64,000 bases of DNA, from contig NC_043014.1 in NCBI RefSeq assembly GCF_006345805.1, forward strand, positions 8,680,001 to 8,744,000, in the 5' to 3' direction. Source of the stretch: Octopus sinensis (Eukaryota). The notes under the pieces are model-generated. The model was not told the DNA's origin. It searched no databases and was given only the letters and a program-made list of their open reading frames with translations. The translations under genes and the position numbers were made by a program. Of the stretch, positions 24,909-37,860 are shown piece by piece; position 1 is the stretch's first letter, and every line of letters starts with the position of its first letter.

Positions 24909-26085
24909 AATGATGATGATGATACCATTACATTTTAATGTGTAATTTTCTATACTTTCATGGGAAAAATGAAAGTATGTTAGGACAGTATTTTTTTCTG
25001 GCCAGATGTTTTTTGTGAAGGGAACACCTGCCTGTTTCCACATTAGGTAAAAAATCTCTTGGTCTATCAAACGGTCTGGGCACACTTCCAGGGAGATGCA
25101 AATGATTTCATATGAACGAGCCTTTTGTTGACAAACATTGTGCGTTATATGCAGACCTGTTAAAAAATTTGGACATTGGCACCTGTGTTAGCGGGGTGAA
25201 AAGAGCACCATAGGAGTGTGGTCATTGACAGAGCGGCTAACCGGCTTCTGTGCCAGTGGCACATAAAAGGCACCATTCGAGCGTGATCGTTACCAGCATC
25301 ACCTTACTGGCACTTGTGCCCCGTGCTAGTAGGGTGCTAAGAGCACCATCCGAGCGTGATTGTTGCCAGATCGGCTAACTGGCTTCTGTGCCAGTGGAAC
25401 ATAAAAGGCACCATTCAAGCGTGATCGTTACCAGTGTCGCCTTACTGGCTCCTGTGCCGGTGGCATGTGTAAAAAGATTCGAGCGAGGTTATTGCCAGTA
25501 CCACCTGACTGGCCCATGTGCCGGTGGCACATAAAAAGCACCCACTACACTCTTGAAGTGGTTGGCGTTAGGAAGGGCATCCAGCTGTAGAAACTCTGCC
25601 AAATCAAGATTGGAGCCTGGTGCAGCCATCTAGTTCGCCAGCCCTCAGTCAAAATCGTCCAATTCATGCCAGCATGGAAAGCGAACATTAAATGATGATG
25701 ATGATTATGATTATAATGTATTATTTACATTAGACAGATATGTGTCCTCATCTTTGTTGTTACCCCATTTCCATGCTTGAGAGGACCTGTCAAGTGAAGT
25801 GAGGTCATAGTCATGGCTGATGCCAGGGACACATAATTAGCACCCATGCCAATGGCATATAAAAAGCACCCACTACATTCTAGGAGTAAATGGCATTAGG
25901 AAGGGCATCCAGATGTAGAAACCATGGTAAAACAGATTGAAACCTGGTGCAGCTCCCTGGCTTACCAGCTCTGGTCAAACCATCCAACCCATGCCAGCAC
26001 GGACAATAGACATTAAATGATGAGGATGATGACGATGATGATGACGATGACACACAAACATATATATGTACATATATACATATAC

Positions 26086-26380
26086 GTGGAGGCGCAATGG
26101 CCCAGTGGTTAGGGCAGCGAACTCACGGTCGTCGAATTGCGGTTTCGATTCCCAGACCGGGTGTTGTGAGTGTTTATTGAGCGAAAACACCTAAAGCTCC
26201 ACGAGCCTCCGGCAGGGGGTGGTGGCGATTCCTGCTGTACTCTTTCCCTACAACTTTCACTCTTTCTTCTGTTAGCCTGCGGGGTGGTGTCATTTGAAGG
26301 CTAAAACAATGCGAAGTGCATTGTGACCAGCGATGTGTAGCAAGATCTGATAGCCTGGTCGGTCATGTTGATCACAGTGA
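26086..26380 (+). mobile_element. tRNA-derived SINE family B (alternative tail)
   Basis: tRNA-like head with GGTTTCGATTCCC B box. Tail shared with 60259-60553. Confidence 0.75.
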
Positions 26381-26456
26381 TATACATATATACACACACA
26401 TATATACATATATATATATACTATATATATATACATATATATATTACATATATATT

Positions 26457-26492
<36 letters not shown>

Positions 26493-27196
26493 ATATAAGA
26501 AGGCCACTTGGTGTGGAATAAATATACTATAAATTAGTATCTAATTCTAATTCTCTCACCCTTATTAATTAATTATATATAATATATATATATATATATA
26601 TACAAACACACACACATATAACAAGCCAGTTATACATATTTATATTTTCAATCACAAGACTTTAGTTACCCTGGGCCAATAGTAGAAGACACTTGCCCAA
26701 GGTTCCACTCAGTGGGACCAAATCAAAACATCCTCACTAACTGTGAAGCAAACTTCTTCAACTACACAACCATGCATTGGCCCTTTATCATTTGAACCGG
26801 TCACATCTGGTCCAAATATTCCATTTATTTTATATTGTAAGTGACCAGATCCAGCCTCTCACACCTACCATACAATGCCATTCTAAAAATAAACAGTCAT
26901 ATCTTCAGAATCTTGAAGCTACAAGATACTACATGATCGATTTTAAAACATATGGATAAATAAGCAAATATATTTGATAAATTAATCAGAATACTAAAGG
27001 GTTAAAAAGGCATTTTGAAACTGTTTCGTTTTGTATGTCAGAAACACCCAAATGTTGAATATATGCTCTTGTAGCCGGGGGGGGGGGGAGAGGACAAAAG
27101 TTTCAAAAATATCAAGTTTCAAGTTAAAATAAATACCACAGTTAAGGAGACAGAGATAGGAAGGGGTGCTGTCCATTGCGGTAGATGTCAGAGATA

Positions 27197-27461
27197 GTAT
27201 ATATATATATGTATATATATTTATATATATATACACATATATATACATACATATACAGACACACACATATATATATATATATACATATATATATACATAT
27301 ATATACATATATAATACATATATATACCTATTATATATATACATATATATACATATATATATATATATACATATATATATACATATATATACATATATAA
27401 TATATATATACATATATATACAAATATACATATACACATATACATACATATACACATACAC

Positions 27462-27492
<31 letters not shown>

Positions 27493-27829
27493 TTATTATA
27501 TATATATATACATATACACATACACATATACATATATATATACATATATATACACATATATATGTACATATATATATATACATATATATATATACTATAT
27601 ACATATATATACATATATACATGCATATATATTATATATATATATATATATACATATATATATACAATATATATATACATACATATATATACACATAGAT
27701 ATACATATATATACATATATATATACACATATATATATATATACATATATATTATGTATACATATATATATACACATATATATATACATACACACATATA
27801 TATATACATACATATATATATATATACAT

Positions 27830-27863
<34 letters not shown>

Positions 27864-27873
27864 GTGTGTGTGT
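27197..27873. repeat. (TA)n/(TACA)n microsatellite
   Basis: Seen directly in the sequence. Confidence 0.9.
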
Positions 27874-29041
27874 GACATTATACCCTTGTTACTGGTGTGC
27901 TCCATATCAGATTTGTAATGAAAGCCATTCTAAACATCCTATTTTTCTCTCTCAGACAGTGTGTCTAGAATGACATTATGCAATGCTCCTGCTTTTGTTT
28001 TCATATGGGCTAATTTGGCTGCTATTTCTAGTGGCGTGTGGCTTATTGGTTAATGTATTCAGTTAATGATCGTAAGGTCGTCCTGGTGACGCATTGTGTC
28101 CTTGAACAAGGGACACTTTATTTCACATTTGCCCCAATCCCCTCAGCTGGCAAATATAAGTAGTACCTGTATTTCAAAGGGCCAGCCTTGTCACACCCCT
28201 CAGAACTACGTTAAGGGTATGTGTGTCTGTAGACACACATACCCTTATGTGTGTCCACATTATGGCGGCGAGCTGGCTGAAACGTTAGCACGCCGGGCGA
28301 AATGCTTAGCGGTATTTCGTCAGCCTTAACGTTCTGAGTTCAAATTCTGCCAAGGTCGACTTTGCCTTTTATCCTTTTGGAGTCGATTAAATAAGTACCT
28401 GTTACGCACTGGGGTCGATATAATCAACTTAATTCATTTGTCTGTCCTTGTTCGTCCCGTCTGTGTTTAGCCCCTTGTGTGTAGTAAAGAAATAGGTATG
28501 TGTGTCTTTGGAGTACTCAGCCACTTGCACCCTAACTTCATGAGCAAGCTGTTCCATTGACTGGAACATGATCGTAACCCTAAGTGTGCCAGTTCTAGGG
28601 GGACAAGCAAACCCAGAATTTTCTCAATGGCTTGAGCCAAAAGGACTTGCTGTAGACTGCACATACAAAGGTTCAGTACAGTCATTTCCAGGACCTTCTT
28701 AAGGCCCTGGCATACGGGGCAGTTGCCCAGGAGCCCTATGGATTGTGGAGATGAGGAGGGGGGGTGCAATCATTAAATAATGAATGCTGTGGTGGAGTAT
28801 AAAGGGGCCACAGTGCATTGCTTTTCCTGTAATGCTGGCCCTTATCATATCTGGGGCCATAGATTTAGGTTACCTTACTCTGTCAATGAACCAGTAAAAA
28901 CAACAACTTAATAATAACAATGATAATAATAATAATAATAATAACAACGTTGACCTTTCTGTATTTAAGAGATGAGGAATTATGTACATTATTTACATTA
29001 TTTACATTTGATGGATATTTGTCCTCGTCTTGTTTGTTGTT

Positions 29042-29087
29042 AACACAACGTTTCAGCTGATATACCCTCCAGCATTCATCAGGTGTC
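29042..29087 (-). ncRNA. Minimal type I hammerhead motif
   Basis: gacac CUGAUGA au gcugg-aggguaua-ucagc u GAAA cg UU guguu. Confidence 0.68.
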
Positions 29088-32000
29088 TTGGGGAAATTTC
29101 GAACCTAGTTTTAGATGTAGGACCCTTAAGCCAATTTACATTTGTATCCTGCTGTGACCCTTATGTTGTATCATAGCAATTTGTAGAGATACCCGTAGTT
29201 TTATACATGCCCATCATCTTCATAATAATTATCCTCCTTCCCATCATCACCACCACCACCACCACCACCACCATCACCATCATCATCATCATCATCATCA
29301 TCATGGTGGTGGTGGTGGTGATGGTGGTGTTATGGTGTACACAGTGAGTTTAAAGGGAGGTAGGTTTAAAAATTTGTCATGTAATTTTTCACTGGATCGG
29401 CTTCCATCCATTTGCAGTCTTTGGGAATCTTGTGGAGAAAGGAATGAGCATCATACAGTATCAGGCCAGGCCATTCAGTTTCTTCTCTCTAGCATTTACC
29501 AGTAAGAAATCCTCATCATCCTGATCACTATTATTGCTATTATAGATTATTATTGTTGAGTGAGAGAGCAGTTCATGCCATCAAAGTGACACTGGGGTAA
29601 AATATACGAAGCCCAATATACCCATCATGACTACCTGTCAGATAATGGTACACCAGGCACATGCATCACAACCATGTGTGCGACATGGTGATCTCATGTC
29701 AAGATAAACAGCACATGACCTTGCGGGTGGGGCCCAGTTAGAATTTTCTTCTGGTCAAGTAGACCATCCCGCTCAAAAGGTCCCTGAATAAGGATTAAGG
29801 ATGTTAACGAAACACCCATGTCTCCAGAGGTGAATTATTCAAACCCCAAAGAATCCCTCTCAACACATGGCTATGATGCTCCCCCACTTGATTTGCTTGA
29901 ACAAAACAGACCCAGGGTTGAACAACAATAGCTTATGTGTTTACAGTGACAAGGTTGCAAAGTCATAAACCAAACCTGCCTTGCAGCAAGGGAATGAAAT
30001 CAGCCTGGACACCTCTTCTATGGCAGGGCCACAAATTTAGTACAGCACTGACCCCCAACACATAACTGGTTTTATTTATAATTTTTGGTGACATGATTGA
30101 AGGCAGTGGGCTGGCAGAGTTGTTAGCATGCTGGGCAAAATACTCAGCAGTATTTCATCTGCCTCTACGTTCTGAGTTCAAATTTCGCCGAGGTCGACTT
30201 TGCCTTTCATCCTTTCGGGGTCGATTAAATAAGTATCAGTTACACACTGGGGTCGATGTAATCGACTTAATCCGTTTGTCTGTCCTTGTTTGTCCTCTCT
30301 GTGTTTAGCCCCTTGTGGGTAATAAAGAAATAGATATTTTTCCTGTCACTACGTTCTTAGTTCAAATGTCGCCGAGGTCAGCTTTGCCTTTCATCCTTTC
30401 AGTGTTGATAAATTAAGTACCAGTTGAGTACTAAGGTTGATGTGATCGACTCTACCTCTCTCACAAATTCTAGGTCTTGTGCCTATTGTAGAAAAGATTT
30501 TTGGTGAGATGATGCATCAATTCTTTTACTGGAAGGAATTAGATGTTGTGACGTATATTCCATTTCCTGGGTCAAAATAGTACAAATGGCACAAAAATGA
30601 AGTAATTCTAACTGAGAGGGGAAAATTAGGACATGGCCCTTTGTCTGTCCAATCATGCAGGTTTTCAGACTATTACTGAGCATCTGTTACCTATGTTCTG
30701 AGTAACATAAAGCTTTTCCGTCACAAGTTCCAAATTGATATCATCATCATCATCATCATCGTTTAATGTCCACTTTCCATGCTAGCATGGGTTGGATGGT
30801 TTGACTGAGGGCTGGCAACCAGATGGCTGCATCAGGCTCCAGTCTTGATCTGGCAGAGTTTCTACAACTGGATGCCCTTCCTAACACTAACCACTCCGAG
30901 AGTGTAGTGGATGCTTTTATGTGCCACCAGCACGGGGGCCAGTCAGGCGGTACTGGCAACGACCTCACTCGAATCTTTTCACACATGCCAATGGCACAGG
31001 TGCCAGTAAGGTGATGCTGGTAACGATCCCGCTCAAATGATGCTTCTTACATGCCACCGACATGGAAGCCAGTTAGCCGTTCTGGCAATGATCATGCTCG
31101 GATGGTGCTCTTAGCATCCTGAAAAAATTTTTTAAAATTGGGAATGAGTATCACATATGTACACCAGGAAAATATGTCCAGTTTGGCATAGGTGACCTAA
31201 GGACAGGCAAAGAATTAAGTCTGTATCATAATGGTCCATCACAACAAAGAATTACAACGGCAAGAATGCAACAATGATTCACTCAAGAGATTCTTCGGGT
31301 TTTTGAATGTTGCAAGTAACAAAAGAAATAAACAAAATTGAAAAATGCCAAAACAAGAAAAAAAAAAGAATAGAAAGAAATAAAATAAATAAATAATTGA
31401 TCCCAAATTAGGTTTGTTCCCCCATCTTCTTTTATTTAATTAATGATTTGGTGTAATTAATTGTTATTGTTAACGTTCACCAAATTCTTGAGATAACACT
31501 GTTGTTTGTTTGTTTGATTCAAATTGTTGATTAAGACTTAAATCAGTTCAGATCAAGTTGACTTATGCAGAGCAGATGTCACCCTCATTGGGTGTTTAAG
31601 AGCAGGTCACTGATTAATTGACTGACTGACTAATTGACTAAGCATCCTGAACACAGAGAAAAGGCAAGGAAATGTTGGGGGTGGGGGTTTAGTTTGGTCT
31701 GAACTTGATGACATTCAATCACTATTTCTTGTAGTAGCAAACACTGCACAATAAAAACATATGATCCCATTGAAGAATAAGTTACAGCTAAGGGGATTTT
31801 TAAAGGGAATTCTTACATTACATACAAACACACACTTATATATATATACATACATGCGTACCGGTGGCACGTAAAAAGCACCATCCGATTGTGACCCTTT
31901 GCCAGCCTCGTCTGGCACCTGTGCTGGTGGCACGTAAAAAGCACCCACTACACTCACGGAGTGGTTGGCGTTAGGAAGGGCATCCAGCTGTAGAAACACT

Positions 32001-32260
32001 GCCAGATCAGACTGGACCTGGCGCAGCCTTCTGGCTTCCCAGACCCCAGTTGAACTGTCCAACCCATGCTAGCATGGAAAGCGGACGTTAAACGATGATG
32101 ATATATATATATTGTTGTATTTCGGAATGGTCATTTTGCCAGGTTAGCCAATAAATATATAAACGTATATATATATATATATATACACACACATACATGC
32201 ATACATATATACATACATACATGCATACATACACACATGCATACATACACACATACTTTC

Positions 32261-32297
<37 letters not shown>

Positions 32298-32894
32298 CAT
32301 ACATACATACTTACATATATACATACATACATACTTACATATATACATACATACTTACATATATATATACATACATATATACACATACATACATATATCC
32401 ATATATACACATACATACATACACATACACACACACACACATATATATACACATAGTGGTAGATCTACAGTATTGGAGCCCTGAAGCTTAAAATGTCATA
32501 GGGGCCCCCTAAACAACCAGCAACAGTAGAATAACATCCAACAAGGGTCAAAGAATTTTCTTGCGCTTGCAAGGAACTCCAACCTTGGTGAAGTAGTAAT
32601 GTGGAGTCCGTAAAGATGAGTCTTAGAGTGAGCCCTCTTTCCACCAGAAACAAGGTGTGGGTAATCACCGATATCTTTGTAAATGTGGTTGTTCCATGGC
32701 AGATCACCACAATTTTATTTACAAATTTCAGATTGTGATTCTCAAAGTTACAGGTGTGAACAAATATTTTCCGCACTATGCCATATACTTTTAGAGTTAT
32801 GGGAGTTGAAAATAAGGGAACCATATATAAATGCATGACACATCATAGAATAAAGACTTTAAAACATAACAAATACCACAGTCAATATAATCTA

Positions 32895-33645
32895 ATATTA
32901 ATTTCATATTGAAGATACGTTTGAACGTTGGGCCTCACAGAGGCAATGACGAAAGACTGAGATCTCTGGAGATATGCTGTGACTCCAAAGACCCGACAAA
33001 TAACGTGAGTTCATGGCTGTTTCCTGCGCCAGTTTCACATAGCAGCCCCAGCCCATCCAAAGTACTTTGGATCACAGAACGGCCTGCTGAGCTTACCTTG
33101 GATCGTAGGGTGACCTGCTGTGCTTGAAGAGACTTATTGAGTCAAGTACATCAACATCAAAATAAAAAATCAAATGAAAATTGTAGTTGTGATACCTGTG
33201 CCGGTGGCACGTAAGAAGCACCATCCAAACATGGCCGATGCCAGCCCCACCTTCACTGGCTTCCGTACTGGTGGCACATAAAAAGCACCATCCAAACATG
33301 GCCGATGCCAGCGCCAACTTGACTGGCTTCCATGCTGGTGGCACATAAAAAGCACCATCCAAACATGGCCGATGCTAGCGCCACCTTGACTGGCTTCCAT
33401 GCTGGTGGCACATAGAAAGCACCAACTGATTGTGGCTGCTGCCAGCATCCCCTGGCACCTGTGCCAGTGGCGTGTAAAAAGCACCCACTACACTCACAGA
33501 GTGGTTGGCGTTAGGAAGGGCATCCAGCTGTAGAAACACTGCCAGATCAGACTGGAGCCTGGTGCAGCCTCCTGGCTTCCCAGACCCCAGTTGAACCGTC
33601 CAACCCATTCTAGCATGGAAAACGGATGTTAAGCGATGATGATGA
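32895..33645 (+). mobile_element. Repeat family D, long copy with internal ~65-bp tandem subrepeats
   Basis: Repeated GGTGGCACATAAAAAGCACCATCCAAACATGGCCGATGC units, then core and (GAT)n tail. Confidence 0.7.
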
Positions 33646-33689
33646 TACATATGAAAATTACAAAATACTCTTTTTTCCTGATTTTTTTT

Positions 33690-33920
33690 TTATAGCAATG
33701 TATTCCCTTACAGTTTTGTCATATGAGATCTTTCTTGCAATGTCATTTCTAGAGACAATATGCACAAGGAATTTAAGCACTCTTCATCGGGCATGGTAGA
33801 CCGTAAATTTATTCTTTATAAAGGAAAGCTTTGAGAAATTCTTTTCTGCTCCACAGCTCGTGAAAGGCACTGTCAAGTACACCTTAAGTGCAGGGGTAAT
33901 ATTAGGGGACACTTCAATTA
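33690..33920 (-). pseudogene. hAT transposase remnant (C-terminal dimerisation domain, ZMYM1-like)
   Basis: Manual translation across frameshifts gives VSPNITPALKVYLTVPFTSCGAEKNFSKLSFIKNK/LRSTMPDEECLNSLCILSLE/NDIARKISYD, matching the hAT dimerisation consensus. The element probably extends further on both sides. Confidence 0.78.
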
Positions 33921-34314
33921 ATTGTTGCTCATAAGCTGAAGATCATTGCATTTTTGTTGTTGTGTTTTCTTCTGTGATCAGCAATTTCCTAAGCTGTAGA
34001 TACTCTTTGAACTGATAACACTCATTTATTAATTTGTGGTCAATACCATCCTTGTAATCCGATATAAGTTTGATACTGTTCTAATCAAATTCTTAATTGT
34101 TCATCAGTTCTGACAGAAACTTGAACCCTTTTGCAATCTGCTCGTATGGCTCCATCCTCATGCTTAACTGAATTATCAAGCACTTATAGACTTGATTTAG
34201 AACTTCTATCCTCTATATTTTTGAACCCCTTTCAAAGAAGCCCTATCACTTGTTCCATCTGCAAATTTCTTTGTAACAATGCATTTGGAAACATCAGAAT
34301 AATTTGAGATGATA

Positions 34315-34696
34315 TCTTTATATATAAAAGTGAGGTTGTGTGCTGTCTGTCTCCTACGATTTACATTCCTAACTACTCCCACATTTTGCAGTGCAGTTTA
34401 ACCAAAACCGGGTATCTTATAGTCGTGATCCATATCCAGCCCTTCTACGATGAGTCTACGATTTTAAAAAATAATTTACCATCATTTTTCCCCATTTTTA
34501 ATGCATTTTTTTGCTATTATATAAGGGAAGTAACTCTCTAAAAATTTATTATTAAATCTCAGAACGTAAAAAGCTACAGTAACTCCCCCCCCTTGTGGTT
34601 AGCCATATTGAGATGGCTATTATACTTTACATCTCTAAAAATGCTTATATAGTTATTTCCCTTACAAACCCGAGCAACGCCGGGCGATACTGCTAG
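34315..34696 (+). mobile_element. Non-autonomous Helitron carrying an 86-bp secondary insertion
   Basis: A|TCTTTATATATAAAA start, CCCGAGCAACGCCGGG hairpin and CTAG|T end. Same family as 2633-3123. Confidence 0.82.
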
Positions 34697-35280
34697 TATT
34701 CGCATAAACCTTTTGCTACTGATTCAGAGTGTGCAATCCTGTTGGCTGAATTTTCTCAGTTTTTTAACAAATATAAGTAAAGATGCTAACAGAAGGTAAC
34801 CGTCAAATACATCAAAACCATGGGTCTGGAGTTTCTTACTTGTTTAGTTAAAACGCTCCATAACTTCTTTGCAAACAACAGTCTTTGGGAAGAAGTTATG
34901 GAGTTGAATTTGACATTAGCATCTTATAAAGCTAGATTTATAAATCCTAAAATTGCAGAACAATTCGTCACTGGGTAGTTTAGCTTAAAGGTAAAGTACT
35001 TGGCGCGTAATCACAGGATGTGAGTTCAAGTCCAATGGCTGGCTGGCTGGTAACAATTTTTTCTGCAACATATGGATAGTTTATCCTGTTCACACTATTG
35101 TATTACCATTATCATGCGTTTGAGAATAAATTATTTCCGTATCTTTATATATATATAAAAATTGAAACATTTAAATAATGAGGGAGATAAATTGAATATT
35201 AATTTAATTGATAACAATTTAAAACCAGTAGCCTAGCATACAAAAATTTGAAAAATCAGAGAAAATTCTTATACATGTGT

Positions 35281-35448
35281 ATATTTAAAGGGCTAAAAAC
35301 CACTAAGTGGTCAGCCGTATGCTAGAAGTAGATCACTTATGATCAAACTACAAAAGAAAAGAACATTCTTTTCTGTGTAGTTTGATCGTAGGTGATCTAC
35401 TTCTAGCATATGGCTGACCACTTAGTGGTTTTTTAGCCCTTTAAATAT
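35281..35448. repeat. Near-perfect ~168-bp hairpin
   Basis: ATATTTAAAGGGCTAAAAACCACTAAGTGGTCAGCC... mirrored around AGAAAAGAA-CA-TTCTTTTCT. Confidence 0.9.
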
Positions 35449-35456
35449 ATATATAT

Positions 35457-35509
<53 letters not shown>

Positions 35510-35534
35510 ATAAATATATGTGTGTGTATGTATG

Positions 35535-35578
<44 letters not shown>

Positions 35579-35983
35579 ATCATCACTTGGCAACTGGTGC
35601 TGGTGTGTTTACGTCCTTGAAACTCCGCGGTTCAGCAAAAGAAAAAAAAACAAAGAGTGCTGGGGGTCGATTTGTTCAACTAAAACCCTTCGAGGTGGTG
35701 CTCCAGCATGGCCACTGTCATATGACTGAAGCAAACCAATTAAAACAATGTGAATAAATAAGCATTACACTTGTCCGAAAAATCAGAATCGCTGAAGGGT
35801 CAAACACATATTGAAGCATCCCTGTAGTCTGTTCATTTAATTCCAGCCGTCCCATTCTCTCCTTTGATATCAGCTGAGAGACACATCATCATCATCATCA
35901 CAATTGACAAAATAAGATGGGAAAATAAAACACAGAGTGAATGAGTATTTCCATATAATCACTCTACTTGCTCCAAAAATCTA

Positions 35984-36585
35984 GGCGCAGGAGTGGCTGT
36001 GTGGTAAGTAGCTTTTTTACCAACCACAGGTGGCACGTAAAAAGCACCTACTACACTCACGGAGTGGTTGGCGTTAGGAAGGGCATCCAGCTGTAGAAAC
36101 ATTGCCAGATAAGACTGGAGCCTGGTGCAGCCTTCTGGCTTCCCAGATCCCCGGTCGAACCGTCCAACCCATGCTAGCATGGAGAGCGGACATTAAACGA
36201 TGATGATGATGATGATGATGATGGTTCCGGGTTCAGTCCCACTGCATGGCACCTTGGGAAAGTGTCTTCTACTATAGCCTCGGGCCAACCAAAGCCTTGT
36301 GAGTGGATTTGGTAGACGGAAACTGAAAGAAGCCCGTCATATATATGTATATATATATGTATATGTGTGTGTGTTTGCGTGTCTGTGTTTGTCCCCCTAG
36401 CATCGCTTGACAACTGATGCTGGTGTGTTTATGTCCCCGTCACTTAGCGGTTCGGCAAAAGAGACCGATAGAATAAGTACTGGGCTTACAAAGAATAAGT
36501 CCCGGGGTCGAGTTGCTCGATTAAAAAAAGGTGGTGCTCCAGCATGGCCGCAGTCAAATGACTGAAACAACTAAAAGAGAGTAAG
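35984..36585 (+). mobile_element. SINE family A interrupted by a (GAT)n-tailed family D element (about 36029-36220)
   Basis: The family A head breaks at CAACCAC and resumes at ATGGTTCCGGG after the inserted element. Confidence 0.78.
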
Positions 36586-36862
36586 AGCATGTCTCTCTCT
36601 CTCTCTCTCTATTTGGTCTTGTGGCATGGAGCAAATTCAACTTGCAATGAAAGTAAGGAGATGTGAGTTCGATCCTCATAGCTGGCCTGTAACGACTTTT
36701 TCTGCAATATATGGACAATTTATCCTGTTCATGTTATTGTATTAGCATTACCATGCATTTGAGAATAAATTATTTCTGTATCTTTCAATACATCTCAACA
36801 CTTCTAAAGCAAACTTAGCTTACTTTCATCATAAGTTGAATATATATATATATATATATATA

Positions 36863-37343
36863 TACGTGAATTATGGAATGGGGTAGGTAAGTTCTGGGTT
36901 ACGTATGTCTCATAGCAGGTGGAACCTCAGAAGTGGTAAATATCCAAGTGAGGTGTATAACGCAGGCTACTTTTCAGCGCAAGGATATTTTGATTAAATT
37001 AAATATATGTAAAGTATACTAGCCATCTCAACATGGCTAAGCATTAAGGGTGGGTGTTACTGTAGCTTTTAGCCCCAGGAGATCATCGTCTCTAGCTGGC
37101 TTTAGGCACACTTTCTGTGCCCTTATGGTATTTGTAAAGGGACGTCATCCCTCTCTCGTAAACCTAAGTGATACGCACGGACTGCAGTTTCTAGGTATTT
37201 GCCTGTCTTCGGCGTACGGCAGTCACCGGTTTACGATGAAAGGGAGACCTGTTTGCAAATACTTACAGGTTTTTCTAGTAACTTCTGTCACTGATTTCAA
37301 AAAACTGTCTGCAAGCAATAATAAATCTCTGAACGAGATGTAA

Positions 37344-37376
<33 letters not shown>

Positions 37377-37860
37377 CGTGAATTATGGAATGGGGTAGGT
37401 AAGTTCTGGGTTACGTATGTCTCATAGCAGGTGGAACCTCAGAAGTGGTAAATATCCAAGTGAGGTGTATAACGCAGGCTACTTTTCAGCGCAAGGATAT
37501 TTTGATTAAATTAAATATATGTAAAGTATACTAGCCATCTCAACATGGCTAAGCATTAAGGGTGGGTGTTACTGTAGCTTTTAGCCCCAGGAGATCATCG
37601 TCTCTAGCTGGCTTTAGGCACACTTTCTGTGCCCTTATGGTATTTGTAAAGGGACGTCATCCCTCTCTCGTAAACCTAAGTGATACGCACGGACTGCAGT
37701 TCTAGGTATTTGCCTGTCTTCGGCGTACGGCAGTCACCGGTTTACGATGAAAGGGAGACCTGTTTGCAAATACTTACAGGTTTTTCTAGTAACTTCTGTC
37801 ACTGATTTCAAAAAACTGTCTGCAAGCAATAATAAATCTCTGAACGAGATGTAAATATAT
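36863..37860. repeat. Near-identical tandem duplication, 512-bp period, bounded by (TA)n
   Basis: Units start TACGTGAATTATGG at 36863 and 37375. Confidence 0.92.
37174..37218 (-). ncRNA. Type I hammerhead motif (family 3, U4C variant)
   Basis: cguacg CCGAAGA c agg-caaaua-ccu a GAAA cugcag UC cgugcg. Second copy at 37686-37729 lacks one core A. Confidence 0.65.

Noticed and set aside
34973-35045. tRNA-like sequence (GGTAGTTTAGCTTAAAGGTAAAG...GAGTTCAAGTCC)
   Set aside because: No convincing acceptor stem, and it is followed by a body shared with about 36660-36786. It is a SINE head, not a tRNA gene.
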